Counted from the first letter of the stretch, positions 14,927 through 25,539 are shown. The stretch is DNA of 26,606 bases from an uncultured virus (IMG/VR IMGVR_UViG_2061766007_000205) (IMGVR_UViG_2061766007_000205), one strand, 5' to 3'. Program-made: numbers and translations. The notes: generated by a model from the letters alone, not told the origin.

Positions 14927-15397
14927 ATGGGTGACAATTTCGGATTACAGCCAAACAACACATATGAGCGTACTGCGACAGAACGTGGTTATGAGATCAT
15001 GTCGTACTACGAAACCAAAGACGAGATAGATCATGTCATAAACCAACTTCACGGGTCGAATATCAGGGCATTTAAGGCTCACCATAAGATAGCCGAGAGA
15101 ACAGCCGGATTTTCAAGTGATTTGTGGTATCTATGGGTAAAGACAGAGGATCTTGTCGAATACAACAGACGCATCAAGCTAGGACTGCCACTGAAAGACC
15201 CGAAACCTATAAAACCAAAGAAGATCAGACCATCTCGTAAAGAGTGTGCAGATAAGATCATCAAAATGAAAGATGAAGATGGGATGAGTTGGGAGGAAAT
15301 CGCGCAAGTTGTAAACAGAACGCAATGGACTACACAAAATTATTACTACCGGGGCAAGCGTGGAGAGTTTGACAAGAAAGAGGGTGATAAGAAATGA
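14927..15397 (+). CDS. Protein with a C-terminal helix-turn-helix
   Basis: GMSWEEIAQVVNRTQWTTQNYYYR. Confidence 0.65.
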   Translation: MGDNFGLQPNNTYERTATERGYEIMSYYETKDEIDHVINQLHGSNIRAFKAHHKIAERTAGFSSDLWYLWVKTEDLVEYNRRIKLGLPLKDPKPIKPKKIRPSRKECADKIIKMKDEDGMSWEEIAQVVNRTQWTTQNYYYRGKRGEFDKKEGDKK

Positions 15398-17362
15398 GGT
15401 ATGGATTGCCTTATAAAAGGCTCAAAGAACAGCATAGCGGAATGGATTATTGATAATCTCCCATCTGCTGATACATTTGTGGATTTATTCTTTGGCGGCG
15501 GTGCGGTGACACACAGAGCAATGCTGACCGGGAAATATAAGCACTTTATAATCAATGATATTGATGATCGTCTACCGAGACTGTTTCTCGATTGCGTACA
15601 CGGCAAGCATACAGCCGAAAAACACCCTGAATGGATAACAAGGGAAGAATTTAACAAGCGCAAGCGTGAGGATGCTTACATAGGCTTGATATGGAGTTTT
15701 GGGAATAATGGGAAAGACTATCTGTACGGCGCGGATATAGAGGACATGAAACACGCATATCATAAAGCCGTGTATTTTGACGATATAGACGCTTTGCGAC
15801 CCTTCGGGTATAAATTAACCTTGAGCAATAAAAAGGGCATATATGACCGATATCTGGACTATCAGAGGCAGATAAAAAAGCAGACCCCGGACATCCGCAA
15901 CGAAATAATTGAGCGCCAAACCGAGATCGAGAGACTACAATCCTTACAGTCGCTACAATCCTTACAGTCGCTACAATCCTTCGGGCGGGATTATCGCGAA
16001 GTGGAGATCCCCGCGGGGGCAATGATATACTGTTTTGATAAAGAAACAGAGATTTTAACCAAACGTGGATGGATAAATGTTGGTGATGTTAGACTTAATG
16101 ATTATTGTTTATCAAGGCAACCCAACACAAAAGTCCTTGCATGGAAAAAGGTTGTAAATCTAATCAGTTACAAGTATTCAGGCTATATGTATGAATATAA
16201 AGGGAAAAATGTAGATTTATGCGTAACGCCTAATCATAGGATGTTTATAGCCGCTACGCACACAAGAAAAAGAATATACATTGAGGATTTTGAAACAGCC
16301 GAGAACATTTTTAGTTGTGCGTCAAAAAAACAATTTATATCAGCAGGAGGAAAATGGGAAAACAAAGCAGATGATGATTTTATAAATATATGTGGCGATA
16401 CATTTCTCAAATATGATTTTGCATACCTATTAGGTATTTTTCTGACCGATGGGAGCGTAAATAACCAAGGCGCAATAACTATTTCGCAAACAAAAAAAGA
16501 TATTAAAACCAAAATAATTGATGTGTTAAACAAGCTGAATATCAAATATTCAGAATACACTGCCAAAGGACGCAACCCGGAATTAAGAACCTTTTATATA
16601 ACAAGAAAATACCTTCCGTTCTTTGAACAATTTTATAGAAAAAGCGATAGGAAAATACCACAAAATATCAAAGATTGGGATAAAAAACATCTTGAAAGGT
16701 TATTAGAGGGGATAATAGACGGTGATAGCGACAAAGAACGCCGTAGAATTTTTTGCGGATCAAAGTCATTAGTGGATGACATTCAAGAAATATGCTACAA
16801 ATTAGGTTTAAGTTCATGTATTCGAGAAATGCAATCAAAAAAGACATATTTGAAAGGCGAGGATAGATGGATTGAACCTAAAAGCTCCTATTATGTTCTG
16901 TCTATCAATCATAGGGAACATTTGTGCATAAGAAAAGACAATATACACAAAATACCATATGATGATGTTGTAAATTGCGTAACTTTAGAAGGTTGGCATA
17001 CTGTATTAGTACGGCGAAATGGGAAACCTATATGGTGCGGTCAATGCGATATACCGTACTTCCAAACAGACTGCGGTAAGTATGACGGGTTTAACCACGA
17101 GAGATTTTATGAGTGGGCTTGGGAACAGGACAACATATTCATATCCGAGTACACAATGCCGGATGATTTTATAGAGGTGGCGAAAATTGAAAAGACCATA
17201 CTTTCTGCGGCAAACGGAAACAGTCAGAAAGCCGAGGAAAAGATATATACTAATAGGCGCACTTATGATCGTTTGGATGAGGACTTCAAAGAGTGTATCA
17301 AATTCAATAGAGCAGAACAGATGACGATGTTTGACTTCGGGTACTGCCCGTATCAGGAATAA
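15394..17362 (+). CDS. D12-class (Dam-like) DNA adenine methyltransferase with an intein; apparent +1 frameshift near the start
   Basis: MRYGLPYK (from 15394) / GSKNSIA, FVDLFFGGGAV motif I, IINDID, and catalytic IY|CDIPY reconstituted after intein removal, then FISEY. Confidence 0.85.
15935..15979 (+). repeat. In-frame tandem repeat encoding (LQS)5
   Basis: ctacaatccttacagtcg x2.5. Confidence 0.85.
16031..17044 (+). mobile_element. Intein with LAGLIDADG homing endonuclease (338 aa)
   Basis: Starts CFDKETEILTKRGW; block B VTPNHRM; YLLGIFLTDGS and LLEGIIDGDS; ends VRRNGKPIWCGQ before the +1 Cys. More AT-rich than its flanks. Confidence 0.92.
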
Positions 17363-17387
17363 TCGCGTACGAGGAAGGAGATCACAG

Positions 17388-17591
17388 ATGATAGACAGAC
17401 TACTTGAAAAACTAATTCAGTGCCTTGTTAAGTGGTACATAAGAAGGAAAAAAGCCTTGGTTTTTGGGAATTATTCATTGAGTTTTGACGACACAGATTT
17501 TCTGTATGCGTGGGTAGCACACAACAGAGCGCAGATCGTATATGATGCGATGCACAAGGCTTTAGAAGAGTCGCGTACTAGCGCGTACTAG
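17388..17591 (+). CDS. Hypothetical protein
   Basis: ATG at 17388 after GAAGGAG; ends just before an N-gap. Confidence 0.55.
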   Translation: MIDRLLEKLIQCLVKWYIRRKKALVFGNYSLSFDDTDFLYAWVAHNRAQIVYDAMHKALEESRTSAY

Positions 17592-17753
17592 AAANNNNNN
17601 NNNNNNNNNNNNNNNNNNNNNNNNNNNNNNNNNNNNNNNNNNNNNNNNNNNNNNNNNNNNNNNNNNNNNNNNNNNNNNNNNNNNNNNNNNNCCGTCATCA
17701 AACGGATGTTCTCGCGAACGGATGTTTTAAACATATGTTCATTACAAGATCAC

Positions 17754-17791
17754 AAAAAAAGAGACCCGGCAAAAGTCCGAGTCCCTTTTTT
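17754..17791. terminator. Probable bidirectional intrinsic terminator
   Basis: A7, imperfect hairpin gagacccgg...ccgagtccc, then T6; lies between convergent genes. Confidence 0.65.
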
Positions 17792-17794
17792 ACT

Positions 17795-18769
17795 TCAGGC
17801 GATCCGCGTTATCTCTTCAAGGGTTATAAAGGGCGCTTGTATTCTTTCGAGATGCTGCGCACCGTTCCGAAGGTATAGCCCGTCGCCGTTCCCGGTCAGA
17901 TGTTCAGCCCCCGAACGGTCAAGGATGATCCGCGAGTCCGTGTTTGATAATGTCCGAAAAGCCACGCGAGTCGGAATGTTGCCTTTTAATGTCCCATTAA
18001 TAACAGTGGAGTCGGGACGTTGAGTCGCTAAAATGACATGACAACCCGCCGCGCGTCCCTTTTGCACTATTCTCAATAATTGAGGGACTAACACCCGCCG
18101 CGACTCCTNNNNNNNNNNNNNNNNNNNNNNNNNNNNNNNNNNNNNNNNNNNNNNNNNNNNNNNNNNNNNNNNNNNGTAGTTATTGACTCCGGCTCTTTCC
18201 ATCTCTGCATATCTGGACTCCATATTATCAATGATAAAGGATGCAAAGCGGGCGGCGCTGTTAGTCCCGAAAACCTCAGAACACACATTGCAATGACTCC
18301 TATATATTGAGAACTCGACTCGCTTGCAATCCACCAAAAACAGATTGCAATTATCATTTAATAATAAAGATAATATGAGGTCATGCAAAAACACACTTTT
18401 GCCGCTTCCTGTCGTTCCTGCTATGAGGACATGACGCGCCGACTCGATGTCATCCAGAATTATCTCCCCATTGTTAAAACCTACAATAAAAGGAATATCG
18501 GGATTTTTATAATCAATATATCCGTTGTAGTCCATATAATTATATACTGTTTTCCCGTCTTTGATGCGGACATATAACCCCGTTGAATCGGTTATAATTT
18601 CAAGATTGCATCCCGTGACCGCTTCGAGATCGGGGAGTCGGTTTTTTAATCTTTGGATTGTAGCGGCTGACCCGNNNNNNNNNNNNNNNNNNNNNNNNNN
18701 NNNNNNNNTGATTATATCCGTTACAATATACGGTATTTTGTAAAGCTGTAAAGCCTCATCAAGTTTCAA
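17795..18769 (-). CDS. FtsK/SpoIIIE-family ATPase domain protein
   Basis: HVLIAGTTGSGKS Walker A, LVDCKRVEF, QKGRAAGCHVILATQRP, GAEHLTGNGDGL. Walker B falls in an N-gap. Confidence 0.9.
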   Translation of the reverse strand: MKLDEALQLYKIPYIVTDIIXXXXXXXXXXXXGSAATIQRLKNRLPDLEAVTGCNLEIITDSTGLYVRIKDGKTVYNYMDYNGYIDYKNPDIPFIVGFNNGEIILDDIESARHVLIAGTTGSGKSVFLHDLILSLLLNDNCNLFLVDCKRVEFSIYRSHCNVCSEVFGTNSAARFASFIIDNMESRYAEMERAGVNNYXXXXXXXXXXXXXXXXXXXXXXXESRRVLVPQLLRIVQKGRAAGCHVILATQRPDSTVINGTLKGNIPTRVAFRTLSNTDSRIILDRSGAEHLTGNGDGLYLRNGAQHLERIQAPFITLEEITRIA

Positions 18770-18977
18770 TGTTTTCGCCTCCTTCCATATCTGCCCTAAT
18801 GAGCATTTTTATATAAGTTTGCTTTTTGGGTTGTTTATTTAAGTGGTTTATAATATCCGAGTCTGTTTGTTTGTTCAATGCTAGTTTAATTTGAGTCACA
18901 TTTTTCGAGTTATAAACCATATTTTTTTGGATCAGATCATCAGATGATTTTCTGACCCCGTCTTTTGATTTCGGCAT
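18759..18977 (-). CDS. Small ribbon-helix-helix-like DNA-binding protein
   Basis: QIKLALNKQTDSDIINHLNKQPKKQTYIKMLIRADM; GGAGGG RBS before MPKSK. Confidence 0.65.
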   Translation of the reverse strand: MPKSKDGVRKSSDDLIQKNMVYNSKNVTQIKLALNKQTDSDIINHLNKQPKKQTYIKMLIRADMEGGENIET

Positions 18978-19254
18978 TTTTACACCCTCCATAATATTAT
19001 GTTGTCAATGTTCTATTAGTGCGCCTTTTGCGGTGCGCGTCCCGGGGTGTTATATCGGCGTCCCTTCCGGCTGCTGATCTTTGTTTTGCGGTGTTAACAG
19101 CAGATCACCGCTTGACTTTTGCCGCGATTGTTTACCGCTTGCGGCGCTCGGATCTTGCGACTCTCTTCTTATATTCTTCGGGCGGGCTGTCAATGTTCTG
19201 CTATTTTTGTTTACCCTTGCGGGCGGTGTCCCCGTTCCCTGTCCACCTGACAAC

Positions 19255-19361
19255 ATTATAATTGATATTTTGTAAAATGTACATTGTTAATATTAACTAA
19301 AACAATGTACATTTCTTTGGTGATACTGTACATTGTAAAGCAATGTACATTGTGCTAATAT
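19255..19361. promoter_or_regulatory. Divergent sigma70-type promoters overlapped by four TGTACA-core operators
   Basis: Leftward: TGTACA(19283-78)-17 bp-TATAAT(19260-55). Rightward: TTGTAA(19333-38)-17 bp-TAATAT(19356-61) with extended TG. Palindromes at 19276, 19303, 19327 and 19341 (perfect CAATGTACATTG). Confidence 0.75.
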
Positions 19362-19406
19362 ATAGACAGATCAAAACAAAACAGCACCAAAGAAGGAGGG
19401 CAACGC

Positions 19407-19523
19407 ATGAAAACATATCTTTTATATGAGGACGGGGAGCAGGTCGGACAGATCGACCTTGACCCGGAAGAAGTGACAGCACTTGAAAACATTGGAATCG
19501 AATTGAAGGAGGTAGCAGCATGA
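19407..19523 (+). CDS. Small acidic protein (38 aa)
   Basis: RBS AAGGAGGG; MKTYLLYEDGEQVGQIDLDPEEVTALENIGIELKEVAA; ATGA overlap with the next gene. Confidence 0.65.
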   Translation: MKTYLLYEDGEQVGQIDLDPEEVTALENIGIELKEVAA

Positions 19524-20206
19524 AAAAAATGATTGAATTATTAAGGACATTAGAAGGACATACGGACAGCGAAACAATGACAAAATTAATAACCGGGATC
19601 AGGCTTGACATCTTGGAGACAGCGCAAAACATCCATCATAACAACAGCACCAGAAAAGCCGCTTTGAGTTCTTATATTAAGAGCATCCCGGACAGACTGC
19701 AGGAAAAACAGGACACCGAAAACGGGTTATATATAGACGGGGTAACGGCTGTATCAGTCAGGACACCCGGCGCAAGGTATGACGAGAACAACGACACAGT
19801 TAAAATGTTTTTATCTATCCTGAAGGACAGAAAACCCGCTGACATGAGAGACTCGCTTGATTATCCCATAGCGGAAGCAAAAGAAAACGGATGGAGACTC
19901 GGCGATACGGATCATTATATCACGGTCAACGGCGAAAAATACAATCTTTCTTTGGTGGCTCGTATCTATAACATAATAGCAGACCCAAAGTCAGAATATA
20001 ACGGGGTCAGATGGGAGATTGAGTCGGGGGACGATAGAAAGCATCACGCACTTATATTGACATCAAAGCACGGTATCGGGGTTGTTTTACCGTTCAACAG
20101 TTCAACGGCTCGTATGTATGATGTAACGCCGGGAGCGTCCGACCTTGACGAGATACAGAAAAGGATCAGCGAAGCGGCATGGAATGAGGCAGAAAAGACA
20201 GCATAA
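19520..20206 (+). CDS. Hypothetical protein
   Basis: 228-aa ORF with AAGGAGGT RBS. Confidence 0.8.
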   Translation: MKKMIELLRTLEGHTDSETMTKLITGIRLDILETAQNIHHNNSTRKAALSSYIKSIPDRLQEKQDTENGLYIDGVTAVSVRTPGARYDENNDTVKMFLSILKDRKPADMRDSLDYPIAEAKENGWRLGDTDHYITVNGEKYNLSLVARIYNIIADPKSEYNGVRWEIESGDDRKHHALILTSKHGIGVVLPFNSSTARMYDVTPGASDLDEIQKRISEAAWNEAEKTA

Positions 20207-20221
20207 CAAGGAGGGCAGAAC

Positions 20222-20437
20222 ATGGAAGAGTTCAAAATAATATTAAACGAGAGACAAAAAGACGGATTGAGAAATGCAGGCTTTGAAGGTATGGCAGAAG
20301 ATACCGACAACATATTATTTTATACGTATCATATGCTAGATGTATTGGAGAGACACAACAAGAACTATACCAAAGATCAATACAACAGAATCAGCGCATT
20401 AAAAGACATTTTCGAGTCAATTTGTAACGGATTTTAA
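20222..20437 (+). CDS. Hypothetical protein
   Basis: 71-aa ORF with AAGGAGGG RBS. Confidence 0.7.
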   Translation: MEEFKIILNERQKDGLRNAGFEGMAEDTDNILFYTYHMLDVLERHNKNYTKDQYNRISALKDIFESICNGF

Positions 20438-20454
20438 AATAGGAGGGCGACAAT

Positions 20455-22184
20455 ATGTGTAAAATTAATATCAATCAGGAGTTAAACGGAATCGAGTTAT
20501 CATTTGAGAGCAAGCCGGAAGCGGCAACGCTTGACGAGATCAAAAAGCAGGGGTTCAGGTGGAATCGTAACAAAAGAATATGGTATGCAAAGCAGACCGC
20601 CGACCGCTTGATATTTGCGGAGAGCCTCGGACAGATCGAAGAGACACCCGAAAAGACAGCCGGAAAAATCAATCTTGAAGGACTTGGCGCGGATGGTAAA
20701 AAGTATTATGGCGGGGCAGAGTTGACAAAAGCTATCCGCGAGGACTTAAAGCGGCGCGGGGTCAAGGGTTGCACAGTCAGAGTCAGACATCACGACGCAA
20801 TCACTGTAACGGTTAAAGCATCCCCGGCAGACTTTACAAGCCTTGAAGAGTATCAAAAAAGATACAGCTTTTCGGAGTTTTCTTGCAATGTTGAGTGTCA
20901 CGGACGTTATACGGGCGACTCTTGGTGTTATTCTCTCGAAGGGTTAACGGATGAGGAGNNNNNNNNNNNNTCTGCCGTTATGAGATCGAACACCGCCACG
21001 ACTACAATAATTACCACCGTGAGCGGAAGTTATATCCGCAATATACCACGGCATTTTGTGAGAAGCTCGAAGCGGTTTATCTTATAGCAAATCAATGGAA
21101 TTGGAATAATAGCGACTACATGACAGATTATTTTGATGTTGGTTATTATCTCGATATTGATATAAAGTGCGAGGACTTCAGCGCCCGCGAAACCATGACA
21201 GACGAGGAGCGGAACGCATACGAGGCCGAGCAGGAACAGGAACGGGCAGAAGAGGCCGCGAGGCTTGCACAGTATGAGGAGGAGCGCAGACAGGCAGAAG
21301 AGGAGTCCAGACGTTACGAGGCACAGCGGAAAGAGGACGAGACAATTATATATAATAATGTCAGGGTTGAGGATCTCGAAGAGTCCGAAAGATATTTTGT
21401 TAAGGGATTAATGCAAGGAATCGGCAAGGAGTGCAGCCTTGAACAGTTAACCGAAAACGCAGACCGCGACAGCATCCCGGCGCTGATAACTAGAAAGATT
21501 ATCTTTGACAATGAGTCAATATTTGAGACGTTCGGAAAGTATCTATTGAATGATTGGGTATTTGTAGCGGGCAAGGGCGGCACAGCTTCCGAGGATGTGA
21601 GACTCGATAATGTGAGTTATTACGACTTGAACGAGGAGCAACGGAAAACGGTTGATTTTTATAATAATGACTGTGTAGCGGTTTATGTGGGCGACTCGTT
21701 GCGGCTCGTGGTTAATCCTGAAGGTTATAATTACTGCAGATATTGCATGATACCAAACAACCCCGAAATTATACCCGCCTCGGAAGAGTTGGAGCGGATG
21801 AGGGCAGACAGCGAATCAAAACGCGCTTTCTATATCCCGGCGCCGATTGCGGAGCAGGTCGAGAACATCAAGCCGGGCGAGGATATCACAATATACATGA
21901 ATGATGGATGGATGTTGAATCACATCGAGAGCGGGCGCGGAACGGTTGAGGCAGTCTATCCGGGAACGTGGGCGCAGTATAGCGGCTATNNNNNNNNNNN
22001 NNNNNNNNNNNNNNNNNNNNNNNNNNTATATAAAGGCATCAAGCCGAGACTGCCGGAGAGCGTGACAACGGAAAGAATCAGCAATAATATGGTTCAGGTG
22101 TTAACGGTGTTCGATGGTATCTGGGAGCGGGTTCTTAAATATTACGAGGGTGAGACTCCCATTGTTGATACGATCCAAAGGTAA
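20455..22184 (+). CDS. Large polyvalent-protein-like gene (LPD29-like domain); one gene split in the ORF track by an N-gap
   Basis: N-terminal GIELSFESKP...GFRWNRNKRIWYAK, then LTKAIREDLK. After the gap the frame CRYEIEH...NWNNSDYMTDYFDVGYY runs straight into the 21120 ORF. Confidence 0.65.
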
Positions 22185-22196
22185 CACGACAGATCG

Positions 22197-22230
22197 AAAA
22201 GAGGACGGGCAAAAAACCCGTTCTTTTTTT
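22197..22230 (+). terminator. Intrinsic terminator
   Basis: aaaagaggacggg-loop-cccgttc followed by T7. Confidence 0.8.
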
Positions 22231-22291
22231 GTGCGTCTTGACAATAACGGCGGNNNNNNNNNNNNNNNNNNNNNNNNNNNNNNNNNNNNNA

Positions 22292-22895
22292 ATGAATCTT
22301 GACGAGGACGGATATATTAACACCGACTATTATATAAACGCATCTATTGACATCATAACACGCGCAGCAGAGGAGCGCGGGCAAGATCCCAGACACTTGA
22401 CAACAAATGACGCTTTCGCATTATACAGAAGAGTATATAACACCCTATTTAAGCCAGAGCGTAGCGGGGGAGAGGAGAAGAGTCACCTTTTCGAGCCGGG
22501 ATGCAGTGTTAAATATAACGCCGAGAACCTGAAAAGACTCCTGATGGTATATAGTGCGGTCTNNNNNNNNNNNNNNNGTGGACGGGTTGCAGTGGTTAAC
22601 GGGTGTATATATCGATACGGTGGAAAAGTATGTTACCGGGGCGCGGTCATTCGTTCAAAATATCCGAAAAGACAACATACAAAACAGACTCCAGGCTTTC
22701 CCGATTGGAATAGTTACACTTGCAAATAACGACATCGACACGGGTCTTTGCTACAACCGCCAGAACATCACCGACCGGGCGACAGTTAGCAAGGCATTAA
22801 ACTTCTCCGACCTTGTGAGAATAGGTGAGAATGTCACCCAAAAAGAGAACGTTTCACAGCTAGAAACGGCACAAACACAAGATATTGTGGATTGA
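22292..22895 (+). CDS. Putative terminase small subunit (split by an N-gap)
   Basis: Two ORF halves joined across the gap at 22563-22577; lies upstream of the large terminase; TTGACA at 22238. Assignment is mainly positional. Confidence 0.5.
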
Positions 22896-23132
22896 TAGAT
22901 GATGCCACTATATGTTGTATATAAACTATTCGTTAAATTTAGTATTTAGCGAATAGATACATCAAAAAAGTATTTTACTGCACTTTTCAGGACACCAACA
23001 GCACCCGCGACAAGATCCCCCGCCGATGATCAAGCATAACCCCTGGGGGGTCTATACGATAGCGGATAGGTCGGGCGGGTNNNNNNNNNNAAATTAAGGG
23101 AAGAGAGCGACAACACAGAGTTATTAAGGCGA

Positions 23133-23639
23133 ATGGTAGCAAACATGAATGGCGAGATATGCGCTAATTGCGGTGGGAAAGAGTGTATCGAGTACCATCA
23201 TATTGTGCCATTAGCTTTAGGCGGGACGAACAGGCTAACGAACTATGTAGCATTGTGCCATAGGTGTCATATGGCGGCGCATCACGGACGAAAGATAGCT
23301 GATTATCGAAACAAGAAGGTGTCCGGCAGACCACACAAAGTCGATAACGAGAGGATGGAGGAGGCATTTGAGTTATTTCTTACCGGGCAGATAGGGCGAA
23401 AACAGTGCATTGAAATGCTGAATATGTCACCCGCTTGTAAGTTGTCGGATATGAGCGCATATAAACGGTATATCGAGAAAAAAGGGATAAAGAAGGTTAT
23501 AAACAAGATCGATATCATAACCTGCATAAGATCCCACGCAAAGAGACAGAAAGTATTAAAAGACGGTCAGAATGTCGGAACAATAATCTATATAGACGGA
23601 AGAGAGGATGTATTGATATACAAAAATAGCAATAATTAG
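23133..23639 (+). CDS. HNH endonuclease
   Basis: CANCG...EYHHIVPLALGGTN...NYVALCHRCHMAAH. Confidence 0.85.
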   Translation: MVANMNGEICANCGGKECIEYHHIVPLALGGTNRLTNYVALCHRCHMAAHHGRKIADYRNKKVSGRPHKVDNERMEEAFELFLTGQIGRKQCIEMLNMSPACKLSDMSAYKRYIEKKGIKKVINKIDIITCIRSHAKRQKVLKDGQNVGTIIYIDGREDVLIYKNSNN

Positions 23640-23816
23640 GAACTCGGTATCAAAAAATACGGGAGTTATACCTAAAAATTGCTATTTAAGGTCAAAAAAT
23701 CAAAAANNNNNNNNNNNNNNNNNNNNNNNNNNNNNNNNNNNNNNNNNNNNNNNNNNNNNNNNNNNNNNNNNNNNNNNNNNNNNNNNNNNNNNNNNNNNNN
23801 NNNNNNNNNNNNNNNT

Positions 23817-24056
23817 CTGCCGATGTTTCCGAACAGGGCGGTAAAGAGGTTCATAAGGTATATCGAGAAGTTGGACGGATATTTAGGGATGTACCCGTGT
23901 TATCCGAGGGGGACATTGGTGATATTCAGGAGTGAGAACGAGGCGAAGAGCGGTCGCAATCTGATAAGGGCATACCCGGAATATGAATGTGGGGTAGGCA
24001 ATAATATAGGCACAGTGTATGTGAATAAGAAGTATGTCAAGAAGGGGAAGGTATGA
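23817..24056 (+). CDS. Hypothetical protein, 5' end in a gap (same gene as 26479..26606)
   Basis: LPMFPNRAVKRFIRYIEK...; 23817-23866 is identical to 26557-26606. Confidence 0.65.
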   Translation: MPMFPNRAVKRFIRYIEKLDGYLGMYPCYPRGTLVIFRSENEAKSGRNLIRAYPEYECGVGNNIGTVYVNKKYVKKGKV

Positions 24057-24215
24057 AGGATAAGAGGTGTAAGGAGGAGTGCTTTGCGAACTATGAGGGG
24101 TTGTGTCGGACATTGATCGAGCCGATACGGAAGAACTGCCCGTTTAAGAGGACGGACATCACATGGGAACAGCAGGTAGCGGATGTAGCACAGCACAATT
24201 CGTTGAGGTCGGTAT

Positions 24216-25406
24216 ATGGCGAACTTAAATGATCTAGTCGGACTAGTGGAAAATCTCGACCGAGAATACGAGAACCGGGGGTATCTGGATGAGGTCATGT
24301 TGGATGCCTACGTGAAGTATGCGACATTTGCGATATTTCAGCTTGGGGAATACAGATACGGACGGGAATTGGCAAAACGGGCGACCGATTTGGTGACTGA
24401 AACGGTCAAGAAGGCAAATTTCCGTGATATCTGGGACATGGAACTGAAGATATCGGGGATGCAGTCATACTTGTTGGACGGATTTTATGATTTGTGTCTG
24501 TTACGTTCGTTTTGGGATCTAGAATGTTTCATGTTCTATATGGAGCGCGACAGGGCGCAGTCAAAGAGGTTTTACCTGCCGAGAATGAACCCGCTTCAGG
24601 TGGNNNNNNNNNNNNNTGTCGAACAGGGTGATAAAGTTCTTGGGGGTATCAGAACCACCGAGAACGGGGAAGTCTACTCTGTGCATTTTTTTCCTTACAT
24701 GGACGGGACTGCGGCGGCCAAACTCACACAATGCAATGGGCGGTCATTCAGGTGTCTTAACGAAGGGGTTTTACAAGGAACTTATGAACCTTTTCGACAG
24801 CGCGGAATACCGATTTGCGGAGATATACAAGTTTTGGCACGAGAAAGAGCAGAAAGTCATCTTGGATAAGTCGGCAGAGGATCTGACTATCAATTTAGGC
24901 AAGCCGGACAGATTTTCGACAATCACCTGCCGTTCGATAGATGCGACATGGACGGGCGCGGTAGATGTATCGTGGGACGGGGTACTGTATGTCGACGACC
25001 TTGTGCGAGATCGTGAACATTCGCTGTCACCTATACGAATGGAGAACACATGGCAGGAATACCTGAACAAGATGGTTGACCGAAAAAGCGGATATAACCC
25101 GATGCCGGAAACACTTGACTTGGGATTTGATATAGACATACATTTCGACTTTGCGGGTGCGTGTGAACTGATGGTAGGTACATTGTGGAATGTTTACGAC
25201 CCACTGTACCGACTTGAACAGCTGTATGCGGATGACCCACTATACAGATTTCGGAAAATCCCGGCGCTCGATGACAATGACGAGAGCAACTTTGACTATC
25301 CTGTGAACGGGTTTACCACGGAATACTACCGCGATATGCGCGAGAGGCTAGACGAACCTGAATGGATGGCAAAGTATCAGCAAGCGCCGTTTGTGCGTGA
25401 AGGTAT
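24216..25406 (+). CDS. terL: Terminase large subunit, N-terminal ATPase part (gap-split, 3'-truncated)
   Basis: KRFYLPR, Walker A EPPRTGKST, Walker B VLYVDDL, motif III VGTLW, IPALD, W.AKYQQ.P. The frame shifts across the gap at 24604-24616. Confidence 0.88.
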
Positions 25407-25416
25407 NNNNNNNNNN

Positions 25417-25529
25417 GACTATCCTGTGAACGGATTTACCACGGAATACTACCGCGATATGCGTGAGAGGCTAGATGAGCCTGAATGGATGGCAAAGTAT
25501 CAGCAAGCGCCGTTTGTGCGTGAAGGTAT
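25417..25529 (+). repeat. Allelic duplicate of 25294..25406 (assembly bubble)
   Basis: 113-bp copy with 4 synonymous differences, flanked by 10-N gaps. Confidence 0.85.
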
Positions 25530-25539
25530 NNNNNNNNNN

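Noticed and set aside
20959..24616. Programmed frameshifts in the LPD29-like, terS and terL genes
   Set aside because: Every frame change coincides with an N-gap of estimated length.
25294..25529. Real tandem duplication within terL
   Set aside because: The copies are separated and followed by 10-N gaps and differ only by synonymous SNPs, which indicates an assembly bubble of two strains.
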